Assembly (NCBI GenBank): GCA_965222375.1
Contig: CBDCTZ010000016.1
Coordinates: 1,760,001 to 1,824,000, forward strand
Direction of reading: 5' to 3'
Source: Polyangiaceae bacterium
GTDB lineage: Bacteria; Myxococcota_A; Polyangia; Polyangiales; Polyangiaceae
Length of the DNA stretch: 64,000 bases
Position 1 is the first letter of the stretch. The number at the start of each line of letters is the position of its first letter. The translations under genes were made by a program, and so were the position numbers. Of the stretch, positions 1-8,513 are shown piece by piece. The notes under the pieces were generated by a model. That model was not told the DNA's origin. It made no database searches and saw only the letters and a program-made list of their open reading frames with translations.

Positions 1-1082
1 TTGACCAGGTTGCGAGCTTCTGTGCTGAACTCGAGCTCCCGCTCGCTGATGATGGACGGCTTGGCGAAGGCGGATAGCTCGTAGCCCACGCTCACGGTGC
101 CCCGCTCCCAGCTCACCCAGTGTGGGCGCGTGTGGTGAAAGGCGGGCATCTCGTCGAGGAAAGGAGTTGCTTTGGAGTAGGCGAAGATGTGCTGAAAGGT
201 CAGGGTCAAATCGCCGATCTGTTCCAACGGTGCGGTGAGCTCATCGCCGGAGAATTCGCTACGTTCGTATACCTGGCTGAAGTGGTAAATCGCGGGAATC
301 GAGCTGTCCTCCTCGCGCACCACGTCCTCTCGCGAGTGGTAGCCGTAGATCAAAAGCGGGGCGCCTTCGGTGGACGCGACGATTTCCGTATGCACTCGTG
401 TCGCGTAGCCGCCGGCGACGGCCAGAGCGATCCCCGCGGCGGCGCCGATCCCCAAGGCCCACTCGGTACCGGGAGCGTCGTCCAGATCTACCCACCAGAT
501 GGTGACCGCGAATGCGAGATCCGCGAAAATAACACCGCTGGCGACCAATTCGATGATGGTTCCAAACTCGGCCGAGAACGGCCGCCCCGCCAGAGGCAAT
601 ACCACGAAGCTGGTGCCGACGAAGAGCGCTCCCAAGAGTGCACCGGCAGTGAAAGCAAATAGCAACGCAACCAGGTTGCCCACCAGGAACCTGCGCAAGA
701 CCGTGCCGAAGCCCACGCCCGGCTCTGGAGAGAGCTTGTGTTTGAGCAGCAGCAGCGGCAGCGCGACCGGAGTCAGAATGAGCACGATCCACGCGAGATC
801 CCCGAATGCGGCCGATAGCAGGCCGGGCCAGATCCCGTGCTCGGCATTGTTCTTGCCGTGATCGACGATGGCCCAGTAGTCGCGGATGAATCGGTTGTGG
901 GCGCCGATGAAAGCCAACACCAGCTTGGGCGAATAGGTGAGGTGCACGACCGCCACCACGGTCAGCGCAGCGGTATGAACCGCGAGCAGTGCTTGCTCGA
1001 TCCGAATGACCCATAGGGCGCCGCTGGTAATTCGACGGGGGCGTGAGCCAACCGCCGACGCTCTTGCTGCGCGGCTATCCAC
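1..1082 (-). CDS. Multi-pass membrane protein, hypothetical; 3' end runs off the window
   Basis: Own translation of a minus frame that is absent from the ORF track: GTG at 1082, ...LWVIRIEQALLAVHTAALTVVAVVHL...FLVGNLVALLFAFTAGALLGALFVG...; several hydrophobic segments and no stop before position 1. Start codon uncertain. Confidence 0.65.
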   Translation of the reverse strand, partial: MDSRAARASAVGSRPRRITSGALWVIRIEQALLAVHTAALTVVAVVHLTYSPKLVLAFIGAHNRFIRDYWAIVDHGKNNAEHGIWPGLLSAAFGDLAWIVLILTPVALPLLLLKHKLSPEPGVGFGTVLRRFLVGNLVALLFAFTAGALLGALFVGTSFVVLPLAGRPFSAEFGTIIELVASGVIFADLAFAVTIWWVDLDDAPGTEWALGIGAAAGIALAVAGGYATRVHTEIVASTEGAPLLIYGYHSREDVVREEDSSIPAIYHFSQVYERSEFSGDELTAPLEQIGDLTLTFQHIFAYSKATPFLDEMPAFHHTRPHWVSWERGTVSVGYELSAFAKPSIISERELEFSTEARNLV

Positions 1083-1219
1083 TACCCAGATTTGTCGCAC
1101 GTGAGTGCGACGACTGGCTACCGATTTGGCGTCTGTGGCGGATTCGGGCTCGAAGCCCGAGCTCCGAGATGGCGATTGGCGGCGGCTGATCGCTCCAGAG
1201 CGAGCGCGATGCCCCCACT

Positions 1220-2647
1220 TCAGCACCAGCGTACGCGCACTCGATATTTGATCTTGGTCTTGCCCCGGGCCGGCACGTTCACGTCGAAGGTGAAGGTGAA
1301 GGCGTCCTTCTTCTTGTGGGGGTGCGTGGAATCCAAGACCGTCCAATCACCGCCCACGGGTTCGAAGATCTCGACCCGCTCGGCCTCGTCCTTGTGGTTG
1401 CGCAGCTCGATTTCCCAAGTGCTCTCGGACGTGCAGCTGCCGAATCGGCGCCAGGACATCTGCTTGCGGTCGCCGACGACGTCGAAGGCTTCGCCCATCT
1501 TGATCCGCACCTTTTCGTCTCGCGGCGTGTGGTCGATGCGGTCTTCGCCGATGAACTGCTTCGCGCCGCTCTTATCGGCTTTGTAGACCCGCACGATGCC
1601 CTTGGGCAGCGGAATGCCCAAGCCGTTTCGCTTGGAATTCTCCAAGTCCAGATACACGCCGACCTTCTGGTTCTTCTGCACCGAGCCGTAGCGGCTGCGG
1701 TACCAGTACTGCTTGCCGTAGTAGATCAGCTTCTTTCTCACCTTGGCGTTCTCGGCCTCCAGCAGCGTGACTTGCTTCTGCTCGTTTTCGAGCACGTCGG
1801 TTGGCTTCTGCAGCGTGTACAGGTGGTATTCGAAGAAGCTCTCTTGGGAAAACTGGGTCTTGGATTTCGATTGGCGTGCAGCGTAGGAGCCCCCGGGACG
1901 TCCACCGCTACCGCTGACGCGCTGAACGTCGCCCGCCACCAGCTTCAGGCGTGCAGCTTCATAAGCCGCACCCGAGCGGTTGTTCAAAGTGACCCAGCCA
2001 GTCAGATCGCCGAGGGTATCGTTGGCGTTGATCACGAAGACATAGTCGGCCTTCCAGGTCATGTTACGGGTCAGGTAGGTGACCTCGACCTTCTGCTTGG
2101 CCCGCTTGCTGTCCAAGAGCCACACCAGGGTCGGCTTGCTCATCAGGTTTTCCGGTACGCCCGGGAAGCTGACCCGCCCCGGGAAGGAATAGGTGATCTC
2201 GCCGCCGATCTTGTAAACCGGCGTGCCGCCCGCCACGCTGAGCAGCTCGGCGTTGAAGGTGTCTTCCTTGCCCAGGCGCTCGTTGTAGCGGTGGAGCTTC
2301 ACCTTCCGACCCACGTGCTTTTCGAGCAGCTTTTTCGGCGTGAGCAGGTCGAAGCGATAATTCTGCTCCAGCACCGACAGGCCCGGCGCTTTGATCGATA
2401 CGGTTTCGGGTTGGATCTGCGAGGCCACGTCCTTGAAGGACAGTGCGACCTTGCCCGTTCCTAGATTGAGCTCTCGAACCTCGCGCACCAAACCGAAGTT
2501 CTGGTTGTAGACGGTGATGCTGACCTCTTTGCGGTCGGGTGCGCCCGATGACTTCTTGGTTGGCGCCGCGGCGGCGGTTGTCATCCACGCGCTTGCGGTC
2601 AGCGCCGAGAGGCCAAGCCAAAGATAGCGTCGTTTTCGATTCTTCAT
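1220..2647 (-). CDS. DUF4139-like secreted protein, type A copy 3
   Basis: Sec-type signal (MKNRKRRYLWLGLSALTASAWMTTAAA); motifs ITVYNQNFGLVRE, KPTLVW, LTGWVTLNN, LVAGDV, EYHLY, FIGEDRIDHTP; ends YRVRVRWC. ATG lies 2 nt after the upstream stop. Confidence 0.85.
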   Translation of the reverse strand: MKNRKRRYLWLGLSALTASAWMTTAAAAPTKKSSGAPDRKEVSITVYNQNFGLVREVRELNLGTGKVALSFKDVASQIQPETVSIKAPGLSVLEQNYRFDLLTPKKLLEKHVGRKVKLHRYNERLGKEDTFNAELLSVAGGTPVYKIGGEITYSFPGRVSFPGVPENLMSKPTLVWLLDSKRAKQKVEVTYLTRNMTWKADYVFVINANDTLGDLTGWVTLNNRSGAAYEAARLKLVAGDVQRVSGSGGRPGGSYAARQSKSKTQFSQESFFEYHLYTLQKPTDVLENEQKQVTLLEAENAKVRKKLIYYGKQYWYRSRYGSVQKNQKVGVYLDLENSKRNGLGIPLPKGIVRVYKADKSGAKQFIGEDRIDHTPRDEKVRIKMGEAFDVVGDRKQMSWRRFGSCTSESTWEIELRNHKDEAERVEIFEPVGGDWTVLDSTHPHKKKDAFTFTFDVNVPARGKTKIKYRVRVRWC

Positions 2648-2649
2648 AT

Positions 2650-4122
2650 TCAGCACCACCGTACCCGGACGCGATAGGTCACTTTGGTCTTGCCGCGAGC
2701 GGGCACCTTTACGTCGAACTTGAAGGTCTTGGAGTCTTCTTTGATGTGCCGATGGCTCTCCTGGACGATTTCCCAGTCACCGGCGATGGGCTCCATCACC
2801 TCCACTCGGATCCCTTCGTCCTTGTGGTTGCGCAATTCGATTTCCCAGCTGCTCTCGGAGGCGCATGGGCCGAGGGTGGTCCAGTCCATCTGCTTGCGAT
2901 CACCGATCACATCGAAGGCTTCGCCCATCTTGATCCGGATCTCTTCGTCCCGAGGCGTGTGGTCGATCCGGTCCTCGCCGATGAACTGCTTGGCGCCGGC
3001 CTTGTCGGCCTTGTAGACCCGCACCGTGCCCTGAGGCAGCGACATGCCCATGCGGTTGTCTTCGGTGTTGTCGATGTCCAGATACACACCGACTTTCTGG
3101 TTCTTCATCACCTGGCCGTAGCGGCCGCGATAGAAGTGCTGTTTTCCAAAGAAGATTAGCTTCTTCTTGACCCCGATCCCTCGCGCCGAGAGCAGCGTGA
3201 CCTGCTTCTTCTCCTTGTCGAGCAGGTCGGTAGGCCGAGCCAGGGTGTACAGGTGATACTCGAAGAAACCCTCTTCGGAAAACTGGGGTGCGTCCTCTCC
3301 AGCAGAGACTTCCGCCTCCTCCATGGGCGCGTACTGCGCGCGGTTCATTTCGTTGCGCACACGCTGAACGTCCCCAGCGACCAGCTTGAGCTCGGCGTTC
3401 TCGTAGCTGGTGCCGCTGTTGTTGGTCAGGCTGACCCAGCCGGTCAGGTCGCCGACTTTGTCTTTGTTGTCTACGGTCATCACGTAGTCGGCGTTCCAGC
3501 TCAGGTTCTGGGAGATGTAGCTGACCTCGACCCGTTGCCGAGGTATGCCGCTGGTGAGCAGCCAAACCAGCGTGGGCTTGGCCATCAGGTTCTTGGGCAC
3601 TTCCGGAAAGGCGAAACGACCTGGAAAGTTGTAGGTCACTTCGCCATTAATCTTGAGAACGGTGCCCTTTTCGACGGCGAGTACTTCCGCGTCAAAGGCG
3701 TCCTCTTTGCCGGTTTTCTCGTTGAAGCGATACACCTTGACGGTCTTGCCAACGTATTTTTCGAGCAGCTTCTGCGGGCTCAGCAGATCGTAGCGATAGT
3801 TCTGCTCCAGCACCGATAGCGCGCCTGCGTCGCTCAGGCTGCGGATGTGCACCGTTTCCGGTTGGATGTGGGCAGAGACGTCCTGGTATTCCAAGGACAC
3901 GCGACCCTTGCCCAGGTTGACCTTCCGGATCTCCCGCACCAGACCGAAGTTTTGGTTGTAGACGGTGATGGCCACCTTCTCGCGCTGCTTGGCGCTGGAG
4001 TCCTTCTCGGTGGTGGGGCCGTCGTCGGCGTGCTTCGCAGGCTTCTTGCCCCCGCAAGCACCGAGCAGGGTCAGGGTTGCCGCGAAGGCCGCGGCGCGGA
4101 GGGTGAACTTCGACATCTTCAT
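2650..4122 (-). CDS. DUF4139-like lipoprotein, type B copy 3
   Basis: Lipobox-like LLGAC; same core motifs as its neighbours; ends YRVRVRWC. Confidence 0.85.
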   Translation of the reverse strand: MKMSKFTLRAAAFAATLTLLGACGGKKPAKHADDGPTTEKDSSAKQREKVAITVYNQNFGLVREIRKVNLGKGRVSLEYQDVSAHIQPETVHIRSLSDAGALSVLEQNYRYDLLSPQKLLEKYVGKTVKVYRFNEKTGKEDAFDAEVLAVEKGTVLKINGEVTYNFPGRFAFPEVPKNLMAKPTLVWLLTSGIPRQRVEVSYISQNLSWNADYVMTVDNKDKVGDLTGWVSLTNNSGTSYENAELKLVAGDVQRVRNEMNRAQYAPMEEAEVSAGEDAPQFSEEGFFEYHLYTLARPTDLLDKEKKQVTLLSARGIGVKKKLIFFGKQHFYRGRYGQVMKNQKVGVYLDIDNTEDNRMGMSLPQGTVRVYKADKAGAKQFIGEDRIDHTPRDEEIRIKMGEAFDVIGDRKQMDWTTLGPCASESSWEIELRNHKDEGIRVEVMEPIAGDWEIVQESHRHIKEDSKTFKFDVKVPARGKTKVTYRVRVRWC

Positions 4123-4124
4123 GT

Positions 4125-5555
4125 TCAGCACCAGCGCACCCTCACGCGATACTTGATCTTGGTTTTGCCCCGGGCCGGGACACGCACATCGAAGGTGAAG
4201 GTGAAGGCGTCCTTCTTCTTGTGGGGATGGGTGGAATCGAGGATCTTCCAGTCACCACCGATGGGCTCGAAGATCTCCACCTGCTCGGCTTTGTCCTTGT
4301 GGTTGCGAAGCTCGATCTCCCAGGTGCTCTCGGTGGTGCAGCTGCCGAGCTTGCGCCAAGACATCTGCTTGCGGTCGCCGACGACGTCGAAGGCCTCGCC
4401 CATCTTGATGCGCACCCGCTCATCCCGAGGCGTATGGTCGATGCGGTCCTCGCCGATGAACTGCTTGGCGCCGCTCTTGTCGGCCTTGTAGACCCGCACG
4501 ATGCCCTTGGGCAGAGGAATACCGAGGCCGTTCTGTTTGGTGTTCTGGATGTCCAGATACACGCCGACCTTCTGGTTCTTCTGCACCGAGCCATAGCGGC
4601 TGCGGTACCAGTACTGCCTGCCGTAGTAGATCAGCTTCTTCTTCACCTTGGCGTTCTCAGCCTCGAGCAGCGTGACCTGTTTCTGCTCGTTTTCGAGCAC
4701 GTCGGTGGGGCGAGCCAGAGTGTATAGGTGGTACTCGAAGAAGCTTTCTTGGCTGAATTGGGGCTTGGAGGTTGACGCGGCGGCCGTGGTCACCCGACTC
4801 ACTGCGTAGCTTCGATCGCTGGAGACGCGTTGCACGTCGCCTGCCACCAGCTTGAGTCGTGCTCGCTCGTAGGCCGCGCCGGTGCGGTTGTTCAAGGTGA
4901 CCCAGCCGGTCAGATCCCCCGCCGTGTCTTTGGCGTTGATCACGAAGACGTAGTCGGCTTTCCAGGTCATGTTGCGGGTCAGGTAGGTGACCTCGACCTT
5001 CTGCTTGGCCCGTTTGCTGTCCAAGAGCCACACCAGGGTCGGTTTGCTCATCAGGTTCGCGGGCACGCCTGGGAAGCTCACGCGCCCTGGGAAGGAATAC
5101 GTGATCTCGCCGCCGATCTTGTAGACTGGGGTGCCGCCCGCCACGCTGAGCAGTTCGGCGTTGAAGGTGTCTTCTTTACCCAGCCGCTCGTTGTAGCGAT
5201 GCAGCTTCACCTTCCGACCCACGTGCTTCTCGAGCAGCTTCTTCGGCGTGAGCAGGTCGAAGCGATAGTTCTGCTCGAGCACCGACAGGCCCGGCGCCTT
5301 GATGGCCACGGTCTCGGGTTGGATCTGCGAGGCCACGTCCTTGAAGGCCAGCGCCACCTTGCCGGTGCCCAAGTTCAGCTCTCGAACTTCCCGCACCAGG
5401 CCGAAGTTCTGGTTGTACACCGTGATGCTGACCTCTTTGCGGTCCGCACTACCAGATGTCTTTTTCGCTGGCGCCGCCGATGCGGAGCCGAGCCATGCAG
5501 TTGCGGTCAGAGCTGAAAGCCCCAGCCAGAGCAAGCGTCGTTTTCGTGTTTTCAT
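4125..5555 (-). CDS. DUF4139-like secreted protein, type A copy 2
   Basis: MKTRKRRLLWLGLSALTATAWLGSASA signal; close paralog of 1220-2647. Confidence 0.85.
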   Translation of the reverse strand: MKTRKRRLLWLGLSALTATAWLGSASAAPAKKTSGSADRKEVSITVYNQNFGLVREVRELNLGTGKVALAFKDVASQIQPETVAIKAPGLSVLEQNYRFDLLTPKKLLEKHVGRKVKLHRYNERLGKEDTFNAELLSVAGGTPVYKIGGEITYSFPGRVSFPGVPANLMSKPTLVWLLDSKRAKQKVEVTYLTRNMTWKADYVFVINAKDTAGDLTGWVTLNNRTGAAYERARLKLVAGDVQRVSSDRSYAVSRVTTAAASTSKPQFSQESFFEYHLYTLARPTDVLENEQKQVTLLEAENAKVKKKLIYYGRQYWYRSRYGSVQKNQKVGVYLDIQNTKQNGLGIPLPKGIVRVYKADKSGAKQFIGEDRIDHTPRDERVRIKMGEAFDVVGDRKQMSWRKLGSCTTESTWEIELRNHKDKAEQVEIFEPIGGDWKILDSTHPHKKKDAFTFTFDVRVPARGKTKIKYRVRVRWC

Positions 5556-5557
5556 AT

Positions 5558-7030
5558 TCAGCACCACCGTACCCGGACGCGATAGGTCACTTTGGTCTTG
5601 CCGCGAGCGGGCACGCTCACGTCGAACTTGAAGGTTTTGGAGTCTTCCTTGATGTGGCGATGGCTCTCTTGGATGATTTCCCAATCCCCCGCGATGGGCT
5701 CCATCACTTCCACTCGAACGCCTTCGTCTTTGTGATTGCGCAGCTCGATCTCCCAACTGGTCTCGGCCGCGCAGCGCCCTAGGGTTCGCCAGTCCATCTG
5801 CTTGCGCTCACCGACGACATCGAAGGCTTCGCCCATCTTGATCCGGATCTCTTCGTCTCGAGGCGTGTGGTCGATGCGGTCTTCACCAATGAACTGCTTG
5901 GCCCCCGCCTTGTCGGCCTTGTAAACCCGAACGGTGCCTTGGGGCAGGGGCATGCCCATGCGGTTGTCCTCGGTGTTGTCGATGTCGAGATACACACCGA
6001 CTTTCTGGTTCTTCATCACCTGGCCGTAGCGGCCGCGGTAGTAATGCTGAGCGCCGTAGTAGATCAGTTTCTTTTTGATACCGATCCCATTCGCTTGGAG
6101 CAGCGTGACTTGCTTCTTTTCCTTGTCGAGCAAGTCCGTGGGGCGGCTCAAGGTGTACAGGTGGTACTCGAAGAATCCCTCCTCGGAAAACTGCTTGTCT
6201 CCGCCGCTTTCGTCTTCTGGCTCGCCGTCCAAGTCACCGTAGCGGTCTCGGCTCATCTCGGCACGCACCCGCCGTACGTCGCCGGCGACGAGCTTCAGCT
6301 CGGCGTTTTCGTAGCTGGTGCCGCTGTTGTTGGTCAGGCTGACCCAGCCAGTCAGATCGCCGACCTTGTCCTTGTTGTCGACGGTCAGCACATAGTCGGC
6401 GTTCCAGCTCAGGTTCTGGGAGATGTAGCTGACCTCGACCCGTTGCTGCGGCAGGCCGCTTTTCAAGAGCCACACCAGGGTGGGCTTGGCCATCAGGTTC
6501 TTGGGCACTTCTGGGAAGGCGAAGCGACCTGGGAAGTTGTAGGTCACTTCGCCGTTGATCTTCAGCACCGTGCCCTTTTCGACTGCCAGCACCTCGGCGT
6601 CGAACTCGTCCTCGGTGCCGGTCTCCTTGTTATACCGGTACACCTTGACCTTCTTGCCGACGTACTTTTCGAGCAGCTTCTTGGGGCTGAGCAGATCGTA
6701 GCGATAGTTTTGCTCCAAGACGGAGAGCGCGCTGGCGTCATCCAGGCTGCGGATGTGCACCGTCTCCGGTTGGATGTGCGCGGAGACATCTTGGTAGTCC
6801 AAGGACACCCGGCCCTTGCCCAGGTTGACCTTGCGGATTTCCCGCACCAGCCCGAAGTTCTGGTTGTAGACGGTGATGGCCACCTTCTCGCGCTGTTTCG
6901 CGCTCGAATCCTTCTCGCTAACAGGGCCGTCGTCATGGGACTTGGCGGGCTTCTTGGCGCCGCACGCACCCAGGAGGGCGACCGAGGCGGCGCAGGCGAT
7001 GGTGCGGACAGTGTGTTTGGAAAGAGACAT
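5558..7030 (-). CDS. DUF4139-like lipoprotein, type B copy 2
   Basis: MSLSKHTVRTIACAASVALLGAC lipobox; close paralog of 2650-4122. Confidence 0.85.
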   Translation of the reverse strand: MSLSKHTVRTIACAASVALLGACGAKKPAKSHDDGPVSEKDSSAKQREKVAITVYNQNFGLVREIRKVNLGKGRVSLDYQDVSAHIQPETVHIRSLDDASALSVLEQNYRYDLLSPKKLLEKYVGKKVKVYRYNKETGTEDEFDAEVLAVEKGTVLKINGEVTYNFPGRFAFPEVPKNLMAKPTLVWLLKSGLPQQRVEVSYISQNLSWNADYVLTVDNKDKVGDLTGWVSLTNNSGTSYENAELKLVAGDVRRVRAEMSRDRYGDLDGEPEDESGGDKQFSEEGFFEYHLYTLSRPTDLLDKEKKQVTLLQANGIGIKKKLIYYGAQHYYRGRYGQVMKNQKVGVYLDIDNTEDNRMGMPLPQGTVRVYKADKAGAKQFIGEDRIDHTPRDEEIRIKMGEAFDVVGERKQMDWRTLGRCAAETSWEIELRNHKDEGVRVEVMEPIAGDWEIIQESHRHIKEDSKTFKFDVSVPARGKTKVTYRVRVRWC

Positions 7031-7083
7031 GGTCGAGTTTCGAAGCGTGAGACGTATCGGGGAGCGTTTGGGTTCTCGGAAAA

Positions 7084-8511
7084 TCAGCACCATCGGACGC
7101 GAACGCGATACTTGAGCTTGGTCTTGCCGCGTGCCGGCACCTTCACGTCGAAGGTGAAAGTGAAAGCGTCCTTCTTCTTGTGGGGGTGGGTCGAGTCGAG
7201 GATCTTCCAATCACCGCCAATGGGTTCGAAGATCTCGACCTGCTCGACAGTGTCCTTGTGGTTGCGTAGCTCGATTTCCCACTGGCTCTCGGTGGTACAG
7301 CTGCCGATCTTGCGCCAAGACATCTGCTTGCGATCGCCCACGACGTCGAAGGCTTCGCCCATCTTGATGCGCACCTTTTCATCCCGCGGCGTGTGGTCGA
7401 TGCGATCTTCGCCGATGAACTGTTTGGCGCCACTCTTGTCGGCCTTGTAAACCCGCACGATACCCTTCGGCAGCGGAATGCCTAGCCCATTGCGCTTGGT
7501 GTTCTCGAGGTCGAGATAGACGCCGACCTTCTGGTTCTTCTGCACCGAGCCATAGCGACTGCGGTACCAATACCGCTTGCCGTAGTAGATCAGCTTCTTC
7601 CTGACCTTGGCGTTTTCGGCTTCGAGCAGCGTGACTTGCTTTTGCTCATTTTCGAGCACGTCAGTCGGCTTTTGCAGCGTGTACAGGTGGTACTCGAAGA
7701 AGCTCTCTTGGGTGAACTGCGCTTCGGACCTGTCTGCACCACTCTGAAGCATCGGTCGCCGCCGCCCCTCGCGTTCTGCAACGCGCTGTACGTCGCCGGC
7801 CACGAGCTTGAGTCGCGCGCCCTCGTAGGCCGCACCAGAGCGGTTGTTCAACGTGACCCAGCCGGTGAGATCTCCCCGGGTGTCTTTTTCGTTGATCACG
7901 AACACATAGTCCGCCTTCCACGTCATGTTGCGGGTCAGATACGTGACTTCGACGCGCTGCTTGGCCCTTTTGCTATCCAAGAGCCACACCAGGGTCGGCT
8001 TGCTCATCAAGTTCTCGGGCACACCCGGAAAACTCACCCGCCCCGGGAAGGAATAGGTGATCTCCCCGCCAATGTCGTAGACCGGCGAGCCGCCCTCCAC
8101 GCTGATTAGCTTCGCCTTGAAGGTCTCTTCCTTGCCCGTGCGCTTGTGGTAGCGATGCAGCTTCACCTGCTGGCCCACGTGTTTTTCGAGCAGCTTCTTC
8201 GGCGTGAGCAGGTCGAAGCGATAGTTCTGCTCCAACACGGAGAGGCCCGGCGCCTTGATCGATACGGTTTCCGGTTGGATCCTTGAGGCGACGTCCTTGA
8301 AGGACAGCGCCACTTTGCCCGTGCCCAGGTTCAGCTCGCGCACTTCCCGCACCAGTCCGAAGTTCTGGTTGTAGACGGTGATGCTGACTTCTTTGCGGTC
8401 CTCGGCGCCTGAAGACTTCTTTGCCGGCGCAGCGGCTGCGTTTCCCAACCACGCACTGGCGGTCAGGGCCGAGAGACCAAGCCAGAGCGAGCGAAACCTA
8501 CGTAGCCTCAT
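7084..8511 (-). CDS. DUF4139-like secreted protein, type A copy 1
   Basis: MRLRRFRSLWLGLSALTASAWLGNAAA signal; paralog of the other type A genes. Confidence 0.85.
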   Translation of the reverse strand: MRLRRFRSLWLGLSALTASAWLGNAAAAPAKKSSGAEDRKEVSITVYNQNFGLVREVRELNLGTGKVALSFKDVASRIQPETVSIKAPGLSVLEQNYRFDLLTPKKLLEKHVGQQVKLHRYHKRTGKEETFKAKLISVEGGSPVYDIGGEITYSFPGRVSFPGVPENLMSKPTLVWLLDSKRAKQRVEVTYLTRNMTWKADYVFVINEKDTRGDLTGWVTLNNRSGAAYEGARLKLVAGDVQRVAEREGRRRPMLQSGADRSEAQFTQESFFEYHLYTLQKPTDVLENEQKQVTLLEAENAKVRKKLIYYGKRYWYRSRYGSVQKNQKVGVYLDLENTKRNGLGIPLPKGIVRVYKADKSGAKQFIGEDRIDHTPRDEKVRIKMGEAFDVVGDRKQMSWRKIGSCTTESQWEIELRNHKDTVEQVEIFEPIGGDWKILDSTHPHKKKDAFTFTFDVKVPARGKTKLKYRVRVRWC

Positions 8512-8513
8512 GA

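Noticed and set aside
259..1014. 251-aa ORF from the track
   Set aside because: Arg-rich wrong frame; the adjacent minus frame encodes a coherent membrane protein.
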